From contig NZ_CP059199.1 of the NCBI RefSeq assembly GCF_014251775.1, forward strand, positions 390,001 through 422,000: a stretch of DNA of 32,000 nucleotides, read 5' to 3'. How positions within the stretch are numbered: the first letter of the stretch is position 1; each line of letters starts with the position of its first letter. This document shows positions 9,953 to 18,212 of this stretch, piece by piece. Under the pieces are notes generated by a model. That model was not told the origin of the DNA. It saw only the letters and a list, made by a program, of their open reading frames with translations, and made no database searches. Source of the stretch: Candidatus Saccharimonadota bacterium (lineage in GTDB: Bacteria; Bacteroidota; Bacteroidia; Flavobacteriales; Blattabacteriaceae). A program made the position numbers and the translations under genes.

Positions 9953-10462
9953 TTATATTTTTAAATCTTTTTGATTATCTTTGATATCTTTTTGATGCTT
10001 TTTTAAATCTTTTTGATTATCTTTGATATCTTTTTGATGCTTTTTTAAATCTTTTTGATTATCTTTGATATCTTTTTGATGCTTTTTTAAATCTTTTTGA
10101 TTATCTTTGATATCTTTTTGATGCTTTTTTAAATCTTTATAACTTCTTTTAAAATTCTTTTTATTTTTTTTAAAATCTTTTTGATGACGTTCTGATATAA
10201 CTTCTTGTCCTTTTTCCTTTATAATAAACTTAACCATATCATCAAGTATATTTTTAAATTTTGAAAAATCTTCTTTATATAAATATATTTTATGTTTTTT
10301 ATATGTTATTTCACCAACTTCAGAAAAATTTTTCTTACTTTCAGTAATTGTTAAATAATAATCACCAGCTCTTGTTTCTCTCGCATCAAAAAAATATGTT
10401 CTACTTCCTGTTTTTAAAGTTCTTGAACAAATCTCATTTCTTTCTTTGACTTTTTCGTCCAT
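9953..10462 (-). CDS. DUF3276 / PUR-alpha-like nucleic-acid-binding protein with a repeat-expanded lysine-rich C-terminal tail
   Basis: The N-terminal 85 or so aa (GSRTYFFDARETRAGDYYLTITESKKNF...KHKIYLYKEDFSKF) match the Bacteroidetes DUF3276 family as recalled. The C-terminus is (KDLKKHQKDIKDNQ)x4. Confidence 0.8.
   Translation of the reverse strand: MDEKVKERNEICSRTLKTGSRTYFFDARETRAGDYYLTITESKKNFSEVGEITYKKHKIYLYKEDFSKFKNILDDMVKFIIKEKGQEVISERHQKDFKKNKKNFKRSYKDLKKHQKDIKDNQKDLKKHQKDIKDNQKDLKKHQKDIKDNQKDLKKHQKDIKDNQKDLKI
9963..10138. repeat. Perfect 42-bp tandem repeat, 4 full copies plus an 8-bp partial copy, inside the DUF3276 CDS
   Basis: The unit aaatctttttgattatctttgatatctttttgatgctttttt occurs at 9963-10004, 10005-10046, 10047-10088 and 10089-10130. 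All four were checked base by base and are identical. Each unit encodes 14 aa in frame and has an internal 21-bp sub-periodicity. Confidence 0.95.
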
Positions 10463-10528
10463 TCCAATATTTAATGTTGAATATATAAAACAAATCTAAA
10501 TAAAAAAAAACTATTATAGTACTTTTTT

Positions 10529-12235
10529 TTATTTTTTTAAATTTTTAAAAATTTTTCCATTATCCAATTCTATAAGTAAATTATAATCAGATATATAATT
10601 CATATCATTAGTAATAATAATAATAATACTTTTATAAAATTCTTTTTGAATAAAATTCATAATTGTTATTTTAGTTTTATTATCCATTGCGGAAAAACTA
10701 TCATCAAAGATTATTATTTTTGGATTTCTTATAATAGCTCTTGCTATACATATTTTTTGTTTTTGTCCACCAGATAAATTAATACCTTTTCCACCTATAA
10801 TAGTATCGTAACCATTATTAAAATCAAAAATATCTTCTTCCATCATAACATTTTTCATAATACGATAAATACTATTATAATGTATTCTTTTATACGCTCC
10901 TAATGTAACATTATTATAAATAGAATCTGAAAATATAAAAGATTCTTGAGGAACATAGCCAATATTACTCCTATAATCATATAAATTATAATTAACAATA
11001 GGTGTATCATTCATCAATATTTCTCCATCATTTGGATCATATAATCTAGATAATAATTTTGCTACAGTTGTTTTTCCGGACCCTGTTTTTCCTGTTAATA
11101 CTAATGTATTACCCCCATTTAAAATAAATGATATATTATTAATTATATTAGTACTATTACCATAATTAAAACTAACATTATTAAATTGAATCTTTTTAAC
11201 AAATTTTATTTTTGTTAATATTCCATTTCCAATATTATACATTTTTGATTTTTCTCTTAAAAATTCATTTATTCTATTATTTGAAATTTTTGCTCTTTCT
11301 ATTATAGTAATTACCCAACCCAATATAATAATAGGAAATATTAATATATTTATATAAGTAAAAAATTCAACAATGACACCTATTTCTTTTATATCTCCTT
11401 CAAAATACTTTTTACTACCAAAAAAAAGTACAAAAACATGACTAAGACCAATAAAAAAAATTATTATAGAAGATAAAACTGTTTCAAATTTTGCTAAAAT
11501 AACATTTTTATTTTTATAATCTAATACAATTTTTTTATGTTTATTAGAAAATAAAAGTTCTGCTGAAAAGGATTTTACAATTTGAATTCCTGAAAATGTT
11601 TCCTGAACAAAAGAAGATATATAAGACTGCATTTTTTGCACACATTTTCCATTTTTAGAAATATTAATACTTATCCAATAAATTAAAATAAAAAGAATAG
11701 GAATAGGAGAAAGAACATAAAAAGTTAAAGATTTATTTATTCGAAACATTTGTATAAAAACAATAAAAAAAAGAATGGATAAATTTATAAAATACATCAT
11801 TCCAGGTCCTATATATTGTCTTATAAAAGAAATATCTTCTGTCAACCTATTCATTAAATCTCCAGTAGAATTTTTATTATAAAAATACAAATCTAACTTT
11901 TGATAATGTAAAAATATATCATTTTTAATATCAAATTCAATCATTCTAGATGTAGTAATAATAAACTGCCTCATATAATATTTTACAAATCCTCCTATAA
12001 TAGGAACTATTAATATTATAACAGCATTAAAAAAAATTTCTTTTTTAAATAAAGCAATATTTTTATTATTTGATAAATCTAAAAATAAATTTTTAATTGA
12101 ATTGATAGATTTTCCTATATAAGGAATTGGGATAACAGTTAAAATATTTGAAATAAAAATTAATATTAATCCAAAAAATAAACGTGATTTATATTTTTTA
12201 CAATACTTTTCGCTAAAAGTTAGTAAATCATTCAT
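10529..12235 (-). CDS. ABC transporter, fused permease/ATP-binding half-transporter (MsbA/MdlA-like exporter)
   Basis: An N-terminal six-helix TMD is followed by Walker A GKTGSGKTT, signature LSGGQKQKICIARAI and Walker B IIIFDDSFSAMD; 568 aa. Confidence 0.85.
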   Translation of the reverse strand: MNDLLTFSEKYCKKYKSRLFFGLILIFISNILTVIPIPYIGKSINSIKNLFLDLSNNKNIALFKKEIFFNAVIILIVPIIGGFVKYYMRQFIITTSRMIEFDIKNDIFLHYQKLDLYFYNKNSTGDLMNRLTEDISFIRQYIGPGMMYFINLSILFFIVFIQMFRINKSLTFYVLSPIPILFILIYWISINISKNGKCVQKMQSYISSFVQETFSGIQIVKSFSAELLFSNKHKKIVLDYKNKNVILAKFETVLSSIIIFFIGLSHVFVLFFGSKKYFEGDIKEIGVIVEFFTYINILIFPIIILGWVITIIERAKISNNRINEFLREKSKMYNIGNGILTKIKFVKKIQFNNVSFNYGNSTNIINNISFILNGGNTLVLTGKTGSGKTTVAKLLSRLYDPNDGEILMNDTPIVNYNLYDYRSNIGYVPQESFIFSDSIYNNVTLGAYKRIHYNSIYRIMKNVMMEEDIFDFNNGYDTIIGGKGINLSGGQKQKICIARAIIRNPKIIIFDDSFSAMDNKTKITIMNFIQKEFYKSIIIIITNDMNYISDYNLLIELDNGKIFKNLKK

Positions 12236-12326
12236 ATATATAAAAAAAATAAAAATATAAACTTTTTTAGTTTAATTTTTTATTTATATAATTGTAAATA
12301 TTAATTATTCAATATTATTTAGCAAA

Positions 12327-13220
12327 ATGTCAATAAGAAGACAATTTAGAATAAAAGTATTACAATTCTTATATGCACAATATTTATCTAATATAGATTT
12401 CTATCAAATAGAAAAAAATCTGCTGAAAAGTATTGAAGAATTAAATAATCTATATTTATCTCTTCTTTGTTTAACATTAACCATTAGAGATAATATATTA
12501 ATTCTAGAAAAAAAAATTCCTTATAAAAAACTAAATTTTGCAAAAAATTTTGCTCATAACTTTATTATAAAAACTTTATACAAAAATAAATATTTATTAG
12601 AATTACATAATTCTTCCAAAAATATATGGAAAAACAATAATATAATCGTTTTTTATTTCATAAAAAAAATGAATAAATTACCATTAAAAGAAAATTTTAA
12701 TTCTATTAAAGATGAAAAACTTTTTTTTATAAAAAATTATCAAAACTTATTTTCATCTAACATAAAATTATTAGATTTTGTAGAAGAATTTTATTCTAAT
12801 GGATTAGAAAATTATTCTATTGCTCATAATATAGTTTATAAAACTTTTCTTCTTATAAATAGTCAAAATTCTGATAAATTTAAATTATATAATTTCTATG
12901 AAGATATTGAAAATAAAAAATTTATTATTAATTTATATTGGAATACCATTCTACATAAAAAAGAATTGAATATAATAATAAAACGTACATCAAAAAACTG
13001 GAATATTAAAAGAATAGCAATTATAGAATTAATTATATTACAAATGGCTACTTGTGAATTTTTATATTTTCCTAATATTCCTCCTAAAGCTACAATTAAT
13101 GAGTATATAGAAATATCGAAAATATTTTGTATGGAGAAAAGTAAAAATTTTATTAATGGGATATTAGATAATATCTATAAATCTTTAGAAAAACAAAAAA
13201 AATCTAATAATTATGTATAA
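12327..13220 (+). CDS. nusB: Transcription antitermination factor NusB (long Bacteroidetes form)
   Basis: N-terminal RRQFRIKVLQFLYA, and C-terminal IIELIILQMATCEFLYFPNIPPKATINEYIEISKIF...KNFINGILD, which is the NusB fold signature; 297 aa. Confidence 0.8.
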   Translation: MSIRRQFRIKVLQFLYAQYLSNIDFYQIEKNLLKSIEELNNLYLSLLCLTLTIRDNILILEKKIPYKKLNFAKNFAHNFIIKTLYKNKYLLELHNSSKNIWKNNNIIVFYFIKKMNKLPLKENFNSIKDEKLFFIKNYQNLFSSNIKLLDFVEEFYSNGLENYSIAHNIVYKTFLLINSQNSDKFKLYNFYEDIENKKFIINLYWNTILHKKELNIIIKRTSKNWNIKRIAIIELIILQMATCEFLYFPNIPPKATINEYIEISKIFCMEKSKNFINGILDNIYKSLEKQKKSNNYV

Positions 13221-13536
13221 CAAATTATTATTTCAACAGAATTCTGTTCTTAATACAATCTGTATGTTTTCATTAATTTCTATTATATTTTATTTTTTCA
13301 TGATTAGACCGCAAATACAAAGACAAAAAAAAGAAAGAAATTTTCAAGAAAATTTAGAAAAAGGAAAATATATAGTAACAAATTCAGGAATACACGGAAA
13401 AATTATAGAAATAACAAAAAATTTTTGTATTCTAGAAACTGTATTGGGAAAAATAAAACTTGAAAAAAGTACAATATCTAAAGAATTAACACAACTTAGA
13501 TATAATAATATTTATAAAAAAGAATATGAAAAATAA
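13213..13536 (+). CDS. yajC: Preprotein translocase subunit YajC
   Basis: A single TM helix is followed by FFMIRPQIQRQKKE and GKYIVTNSGIHGKIIEI, both YajC hallmarks. It overlaps nusB by 8 nt. Confidence 0.8.
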   Translation: MYNKLLFQQNSVLNTICMFSLISIIFYFFMIRPQIQRQKKERNFQENLEKGKYIVTNSGIHGKIIEITKNFCILETVLGKIKLEKSTISKELTQLRYNNIYKKEYEK

Positions 13537-13551
13537 AATATTAAAATAAAA

Positions 13552-14148
13552 ATGAAATTAATAGGAATAACTGGAAATATGGGAACTGGAAAAACTTTAT
13601 TTTCATCATTTTTAAAAAAAACTGGAATCCCAGTTTATTGTTCAGATGATAGAGGAAAAATTTTAATGAATAATCAAAATGTAATAAAAAAAAATATTAT
13701 AAGATCTTTTGGCAAAGAATCTTACAAAAAAAATAAATTAAACAATTTTTTTTTATCAAAAAAAGTTTTTAGTAATCCACCAGCATTAAAATTATTATGT
13801 TCTATTGTTCATCCTTGGATTAATTTAGATTTTGAAAAATGGAAAAAAAATGTTTCAATAAACAATCCTTTATATATAATCAAAGAATCAGCAATTTTAT
13901 TTGAAAGTGGTTTTTATAAAAAATGTGATATAATCATAACATTGACTTCATCTTTAAATAAAAAATTAGAAAGAATTATAAATAGAAATAAATTATCTGA
14001 AGAAGATATTATCAATCGCTTAAATAATCAAAAAAAATTTCTAAAAAAAGAGAAAATCAAAGAAAGTATTAATAATATTGTTATTAACAACAACTCATCA
14101 AAAAATGAACTACAAGATAAAGCAAATTTTATTTTAAAAAAAATATAA
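13552..14148 (+). CDS. coaE: Dephospho-CoA kinase
   Basis: P-loop IGITGNMGTGKT at the N-terminus, the VHPWI motif, and a 198 aa length typical of CoaE. Confidence 0.85.
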   Translation: MKLIGITGNMGTGKTLFSSFLKKTGIPVYCSDDRGKILMNNQNVIKKNIIRSFGKESYKKNKLNNFFLSKKVFSNPPALKLLCSIVHPWINLDFEKWKKNVSINNPLYIIKESAILFESGFYKKCDIIITLTSSLNKKLERIINRNKLSEEDIINRLNNQKKFLKKEKIKESINNIVINNNSSKNELQDKANFILKKI

Positions 14149-14150
14149 AA

Positions 14151-14261
14151 ATGGGAAAAGGTGATAAAAAAACTAGAAGGGGGAAAATTGTAAATAAAAC
14201 ATATGGAAAAACACGTCCTAATTCAAAAAATTTAAAAAAAAGAAAAAAGAAAAAAAAATAA
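14151..14261 (+). CDS. 30S ribosomal protein THX (36 aa; absent from the supplied ORF track)
   Basis: Hand translation gives MGKGDKKTRRGKIVNKTYGKTRPNSKNLKKRKKKKK*. This closely parallels Thermus THX ([25 protein letters not shown]) as recalled. The ATG is 2 nt after the coaE stop. Confidence 0.75.
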   Translation: MGKGDKKTRRGKIVNKTYGKTRPNSKNLKKRKKKKK

Positions 14262-14277
14262 AAAAAATTAATTTTAA

Positions 14278-14970
14278 TTATTTCTTGTTATCATCAAAAA
14301 CTGATATAAAATATGCTAAATTAGTCAAATCCCCTAAAGCTGCAATAATATAAGTCATAGCAGCTAAATTTAACGAACTTTTTACTTGAGAATATTCTTT
14401 ATAATTAACTAAATTTTTTTTCTTTAACCAATTTAAAGCCCTTTTACTCGCATCAAATTCTATAGGTAATGTAATTAATGAAAAAATAACAATTAATGAA
14501 AATAATATTATTCCAATTTTTAGAATAATTGAATATTTTCCTTCAGAACTATAAAAAATAGCTAAACCATATATAATAGATAGATGAGTAATTCTTGAAC
14601 TAAAATTTAAAATAGGTACTAAATTATCTCTTAATTTTAATAAAGTTCCACCTAATTTATGTTGCATAGCGTGACCACATTCATGCGTAGCTATGGCAAT
14701 AGATACTGCATTTTTTTTAAAAAAAACATTTTTACTTAAATTTATTGTCTTGTTTAATGGATTATAATGATCAGTCAAATTACCATTTACTAAATGAACA
14801 TTAACGTCATTAATTCCATTATCCATTAACATTTTTTCTGCTATTTCTTTCCCAGATAAATTAGATTTCACATAAAATTTAGAATAATGATTTAATCTAA
14901 TTTTAATAATTGTATTAATAATGATATTAAATAGTAAAAAAATACCAGTAATTAAATAATAATTATCCAT
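14278..14970 (-). CDS. Zinc metallopeptidase (membrane-associated, PF04298-like)
   Basis: HECGHAMQH is an HExxH motif, preceded by LTDHYNPLNKTINLS and flanked by TM segments. The track ORF begins at a TTG (14997). The in-frame ATG at 14970 (MDNYYLITG...) is the more likely start. Confidence 0.8.
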   Translation of the reverse strand: MDNYYLITGIFLLFNIIINTIIKIRLNHYSKFYVKSNLSGKEIAEKMLMDNGINDVNVHLVNGNLTDHYNPLNKTINLSKNVFFKKNAVSIAIATHECGHAMQHKLGGTLLKLRDNLVPILNFSSRITHLSIIYGLAIFYSSEGKYSIILKIGIILFSLIVIFSLITLPIEFDASKRALNWLKKKNLVNYKEYSQVKSSLNLAAMTYIIAALGDLTNLAYFISVFDDNKK

Positions 14971-15077
14971 AATATTATCTATTATATCAATCAACAAAAA
15001 TATTAATTTTTTATTAAAAACGAAAATATAATATAAATTAGTGTTAAATGCATCAAATAAAATTTGACAATTAATTT

Positions 15078-16379
15078 ATGAATATTCCAATAAATAAAAA
15101 TCTAAAAAGAGTAGTAATTATTGGTGCTGGATTTTCTGGGATACAAGTTGCAAAAAAATTAAGAAGAGATAAATATCAAGTAGTACTTATAGATAAAAAT
15201 AATTATCATACTTTCCAACCACTATTATACCAAGTAGCTACTGCAGGGTTAGAGCCAGATTCCATAGCACATTCTATTAGAAATATAATAAAAAATACAA
15301 AAAACTTTTTTTTTAGATTAGCTAATGTTGATTATATCAGCACTAAAAAACAAATAATATATACTAATGTTGGAGAATTATTTTATGACTACTTAATTAT
15401 TGCAACTGGATCTATTACCAATTATTTTGGAAATAAAAATATTGAATATTATTCATTACCAATGAAATCAATTCCAGAAGCTTTGAATTTAAGAAGTCTT
15501 ATATTACAAAATTTTGAGTATTCTTTATTAACAAATAATCAAAAAAAAAAAAAAAGACTTATGACATTTGTAATTGTAGGAGGTGGACCAACTGGAGTAG
15601 AATTAGCGGGTGCCTTAGCCGAAATGAAAAAATATGTAATTCCTCATGACTATCCAGATTTAGATAATAAAAATATGGATATTCATTTATTACAAGCATC
15701 TCCAAGACTTTTAGATGGAATGTCTAAAACATCTGCTGAACAAGCTTATAAAAATTTAAAAGAATTAGGAGTAACTATATGGTTAAATTGTTTAGTAAAA
15801 GATTACGATGGAAAAGTAGTATTAATAGAAAAAGATAAAAATATAGAAACTGCTAATGTTATATGGGCTGCTGGAGTTAAAGGAGCAATTATAAAAGGTT
15901 TTTTAAAAGAAGATATAGAAAATAATAGGATATTAGTTAATAATTATCTCAGAACTATAAAATATAAAAATATATTTGCTATTGGAGATATTGCTTACAT
16001 GAAAAAAAATAAATTTTATCCAAATGGACATCCAATGACAGCACCACCTGCTATACAACAAGGAAATTATTTAGTTAAAAAATTTAATTTATTATTAATA
16101 AACAATGAAAATATAGATAAAAATTATCCTCCATTCATTTATAAAAATCTAGGATCAATGGCTACCATAGGTAGAAATAAAGCTGTTTGTGATTTTTCGT
16201 TTATAAAATTAAAAGGATTTTTAGCATGGATAATTTGGATGTTTGTTCATTTAGTAAGTTTAGTAGGATTTAGAAATAGAGTAATAGCATTAACAAATTG
16301 GATTATTCAATATTTTCAATATAACAAAAGTGTTCGATTAATTATCAGACCATTTTGTAGAAAAAAAAAAGTTTTATGA
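15078..16379 (+). CDS. ndh: Type II NADH:quinone oxidoreductase (NDH-2)
   Basis: Two dinucleotide folds (VVIIGAGFSG and FVIVGGGPTGVELAG), plus FAIGDIA and a C-terminal membrane-anchoring region; 433 aa. It contains an in-frame A15 run. Confidence 0.9.
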   Translation: MNIPINKNLKRVVIIGAGFSGIQVAKKLRRDKYQVVLIDKNNYHTFQPLLYQVATAGLEPDSIAHSIRNIIKNTKNFFFRLANVDYISTKKQIIYTNVGELFYDYLIIATGSITNYFGNKNIEYYSLPMKSIPEALNLRSLILQNFEYSLLTNNQKKKKRLMTFVIVGGGPTGVELAGALAEMKKYVIPHDYPDLDNKNMDIHLLQASPRLLDGMSKTSAEQAYKNLKELGVTIWLNCLVKDYDGKVVLIEKDKNIETANVIWAAGVKGAIIKGFLKEDIENNRILVNNYLRTIKYKNIFAIGDIAYMKKNKFYPNGHPMTAPPAIQQGNYLVKKFNLLLINNENIDKNYPPFIYKNLGSMATIGRNKAVCDFSFIKLKGFLAWIIWMFVHLVSLVGFRNRVIALTNWIIQYFQYNKSVRLIIRPFCRKKKVL

Positions 16380-16763
16380 AAAATTTTCTTCTTTTACAAA
16401 TAAGAAATATTTACTATTAGAAATATTATTAATTAAATATTATTATTTTTATTAAGTACTATCCATAATATAAAATAATTTTTATTGGATAAGAAAAAAT
16501 AAATTATTAGTTTTATTAAATATAATATTCTAACATTTATTATTTTTATAAATATTCTCATTAAAATCCAGTTAATGCTGATTTTATTTCTATATTAAAT
16601 TTATAAAATTATATGGAATAGATAGGATATAATTAATTTTTCTTAAAAATTTTTATATTACAGGTTTTTAAAATATAACTAAATTATTATTATATTATAT
16701 TAATAATAATAGTTTTATATATTTTTTTACCTAATTTAATTAATTAATATTGGAAATAAATTA

Positions 16764-17216
16764 TCATCTTAATATATTATTTTTTATAATTAAATTAGTC
16801 ATTTTGCAAAAACTAATTGTGTTCTTTTTTTCATCAAAAATGTTACATTTTACTAAATGTAACATTTTTCCCTTATGAAAAATTTCTGCTTCGGCTAATA
16901 AAAATCCCTTTTTAACATATTGAACATGATTAGATGATATTTCAATATTAAATAGACTAAATTTATAAAATTTTTTTTCATCGTTTTTTAAATTTAAAAA
17001 AGACAAAGAACATCCTACTGATTCAGCAAAAGAAACAATTACACCACCATGTAAATATCCAAAAGGATTTAATAATTTAGACCTGATAGGTATTTTGGCT
17101 ATTAAAAATTTAATATCAGAAGATATAAAAATAAATTTTATGTTTAAAATATTTAAAAAATTATTATTTTTTAATCTATTTAATTCCATTAATAATTTTC
17201 TTGTATTTTTAATCAT
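16764..17216 (-). CDS. Hotdog-fold acyl-CoA thioesterase (PaaI / DHNA-CoA thioesterase family)
   Basis: NPFGYLHGGVIVSFAESVG is the PaaI-family active-site segment; 150 aa. Confidence 0.75.
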   Translation of the reverse strand: MIKNTRKLLMELNRLKNNNFLNILNIKFIFISSDIKFLIAKIPIRSKLLNPFGYLHGGVIVSFAESVGCSLSFLNLKNDEKKFYKFSLFNIEISSNHVQYVKKGFLLAEAEIFHKGKMLHLVKCNIFDEKKNTISFCKMTNLIIKNNILR

Positions 17217-17247
17217 TTTTGTTGAAAAAAAAATTTTACATATTATA

Positions 17248-17802
17248 ATGAAAAATTATAATCATAAACATAAAATAGATAAAAATTTAATTCCATTAAT
17301 AGATAAAATCCATAATAAAATTATTGGTTTTGATAACAAAGAAATTATCCATAAAAATGGATTATTACATAGTGCTGTATCTGTATTTATTTTTGATAAA
17401 AGAAAAAATAACTTAATGTTACAAAAAAGATCTTTAAAAAAATATCATTCTCCTTTACTTTGGACTAATACATCTTGTAGTCATCCAACCAAATATGAAT
17501 CTATTTTAGAAGCTGCTCATCGTTGTTTAAATAATGAAATGGGCTTTGATTGTCACTTAGAATATAAATTTTTTTTCAATTACTATGAAAAATTTGATAA
17601 TGGAATTATTGAAAATGAAATAGATTATGTTTTTATAGGATATTCCGAAAAAAATCCAAATATCAATTATGAAGAAGTAGATAATTGGAAATGGATATCT
17701 TTAAAAGAATTGTTAAAAGATATTTATATATTTCCACATATATATACAGTCTGGTTGAAAATTATTCTTAAAAATTATATTCACAAATTAAAAATAAAAT
17801 GA
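17248..17802 (+). CDS. idi: Isopentenyl-diphosphate delta-isomerase, type 1 (Nudix)
   Basis: GLLHSAVSVFIFD...LMLQKRSLKKYHSPLLWTNTSCSHP...ENEIDYVF matches Idi-1. I start it at the ATG at 17248, because the track ORF's extra 51 N-terminal codons run antisense through the thioesterase gene. Confidence 0.85.
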   Translation: MKNYNHKHKIDKNLIPLIDKIHNKIIGFDNKEIIHKNGLLHSAVSVFIFDKRKNNLMLQKRSLKKYHSPLLWTNTSCSHPTKYESILEAAHRCLNNEMGFDCHLEYKFFFNYYEKFDNGIIENEIDYVFIGYSEKNPNINYEEVDNWKWISLKELLKDIYIFPHIYTVWLKIILKNYIHKLKIK

Positions 17803-18212
17803 AAATTATTATAAGTAAAAAAGGTTATTTCAGTTCTGCTCATAGATTATATAATAAAAATTGGGATCACAACAAAAATTTAAAAATATTTGGAAAATGT
17901 GGTAATTTAAATTACCATGGTCATAATTATGAATATATTGTAAGTTTAAGAGGTAGAATAAATAAAGAAACAGGATTACTATTTAATTTAGAAAAATTAA
18001 AAAATATTCTTAAAAAAGAAATAGAAGAATATTTTGATCATAAAAATATTAATTTAGATTTAAAAGAATTCCGTTTGATTAATCCTACTATGGAAAATAT
18101 AGTAATTTTTATGTGGAATAAAATTATCAAAAAAATCCCTTCAAATCTAGAATTAAAAATAACTTTATATGAAACAAAAAATAACTTTGTTGAATATTAT
18201 GGAGAATATTGA
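17799..18212 (+). CDS. 6-pyruvoyl-tetrahydropterin synthase family enzyme (COG0720; PTPS-like rather than classical QueD)
   Basis: FSSAHRL...IFGKCGNLNYHGHNYEYIVSL...LFNLEKLK...FDHKNIN...ITLYETKNNFVEYYGE is strikingly similar to animal-type PTPS (GKCNNPNGHGHNY). ATGA start/stop overlap with idi. Confidence 0.85.
   Translation: MKIIISKKGYFSSAHRLYNKNWDHNKNLKIFGKCGNLNYHGHNYEYIVSLRGRINKETGLLFNLEKLKNILKKEIEEYFDHKNINLDLKEFRLINPTMENIVIFMWNKIIKKIPSNLELKITLYETKNNFVEYYGEY

Noticed and set aside
9963-10138. Possible CRISPR array, because of regularly repeated 42-bp units
   Set aside because: The units are directly contiguous with no spacers, lie in frame inside a CDS and have no cas genes nearby. This is a coding tandem repeat.
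10700-10760. Walker B of the ABC exporter reads FDD (Asp in place of the catalytic Glu), suggesting a degenerate ATPase site
   Set aside because: As far as I recall, the same LDD...SAVD form is the family norm for MdlA-type exporters, so it is not evidence of degeneration. The only open question is whether a partner half-transporter exists elsewhere in the genome.
16377-16379. Possible UGA reassignment, as seen in some tiny endosymbiont genomes
   Set aside because: TGA cleanly terminates ndh (16377-16379), idi (17800-17802), the PTPS-like gene (18210-18212) and aroC at positions matching normal protein lengths. The standard code 11 therefore applies.
17095-17247. 51-codon N-terminal extension of the idi ORF as given in the track
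   Set aside because: The extension runs antisense through the 5' part of the thioesterase gene and has no Idi-like sequence. The ATG at 17248 gives a normal-length Idi and removes the overlap.
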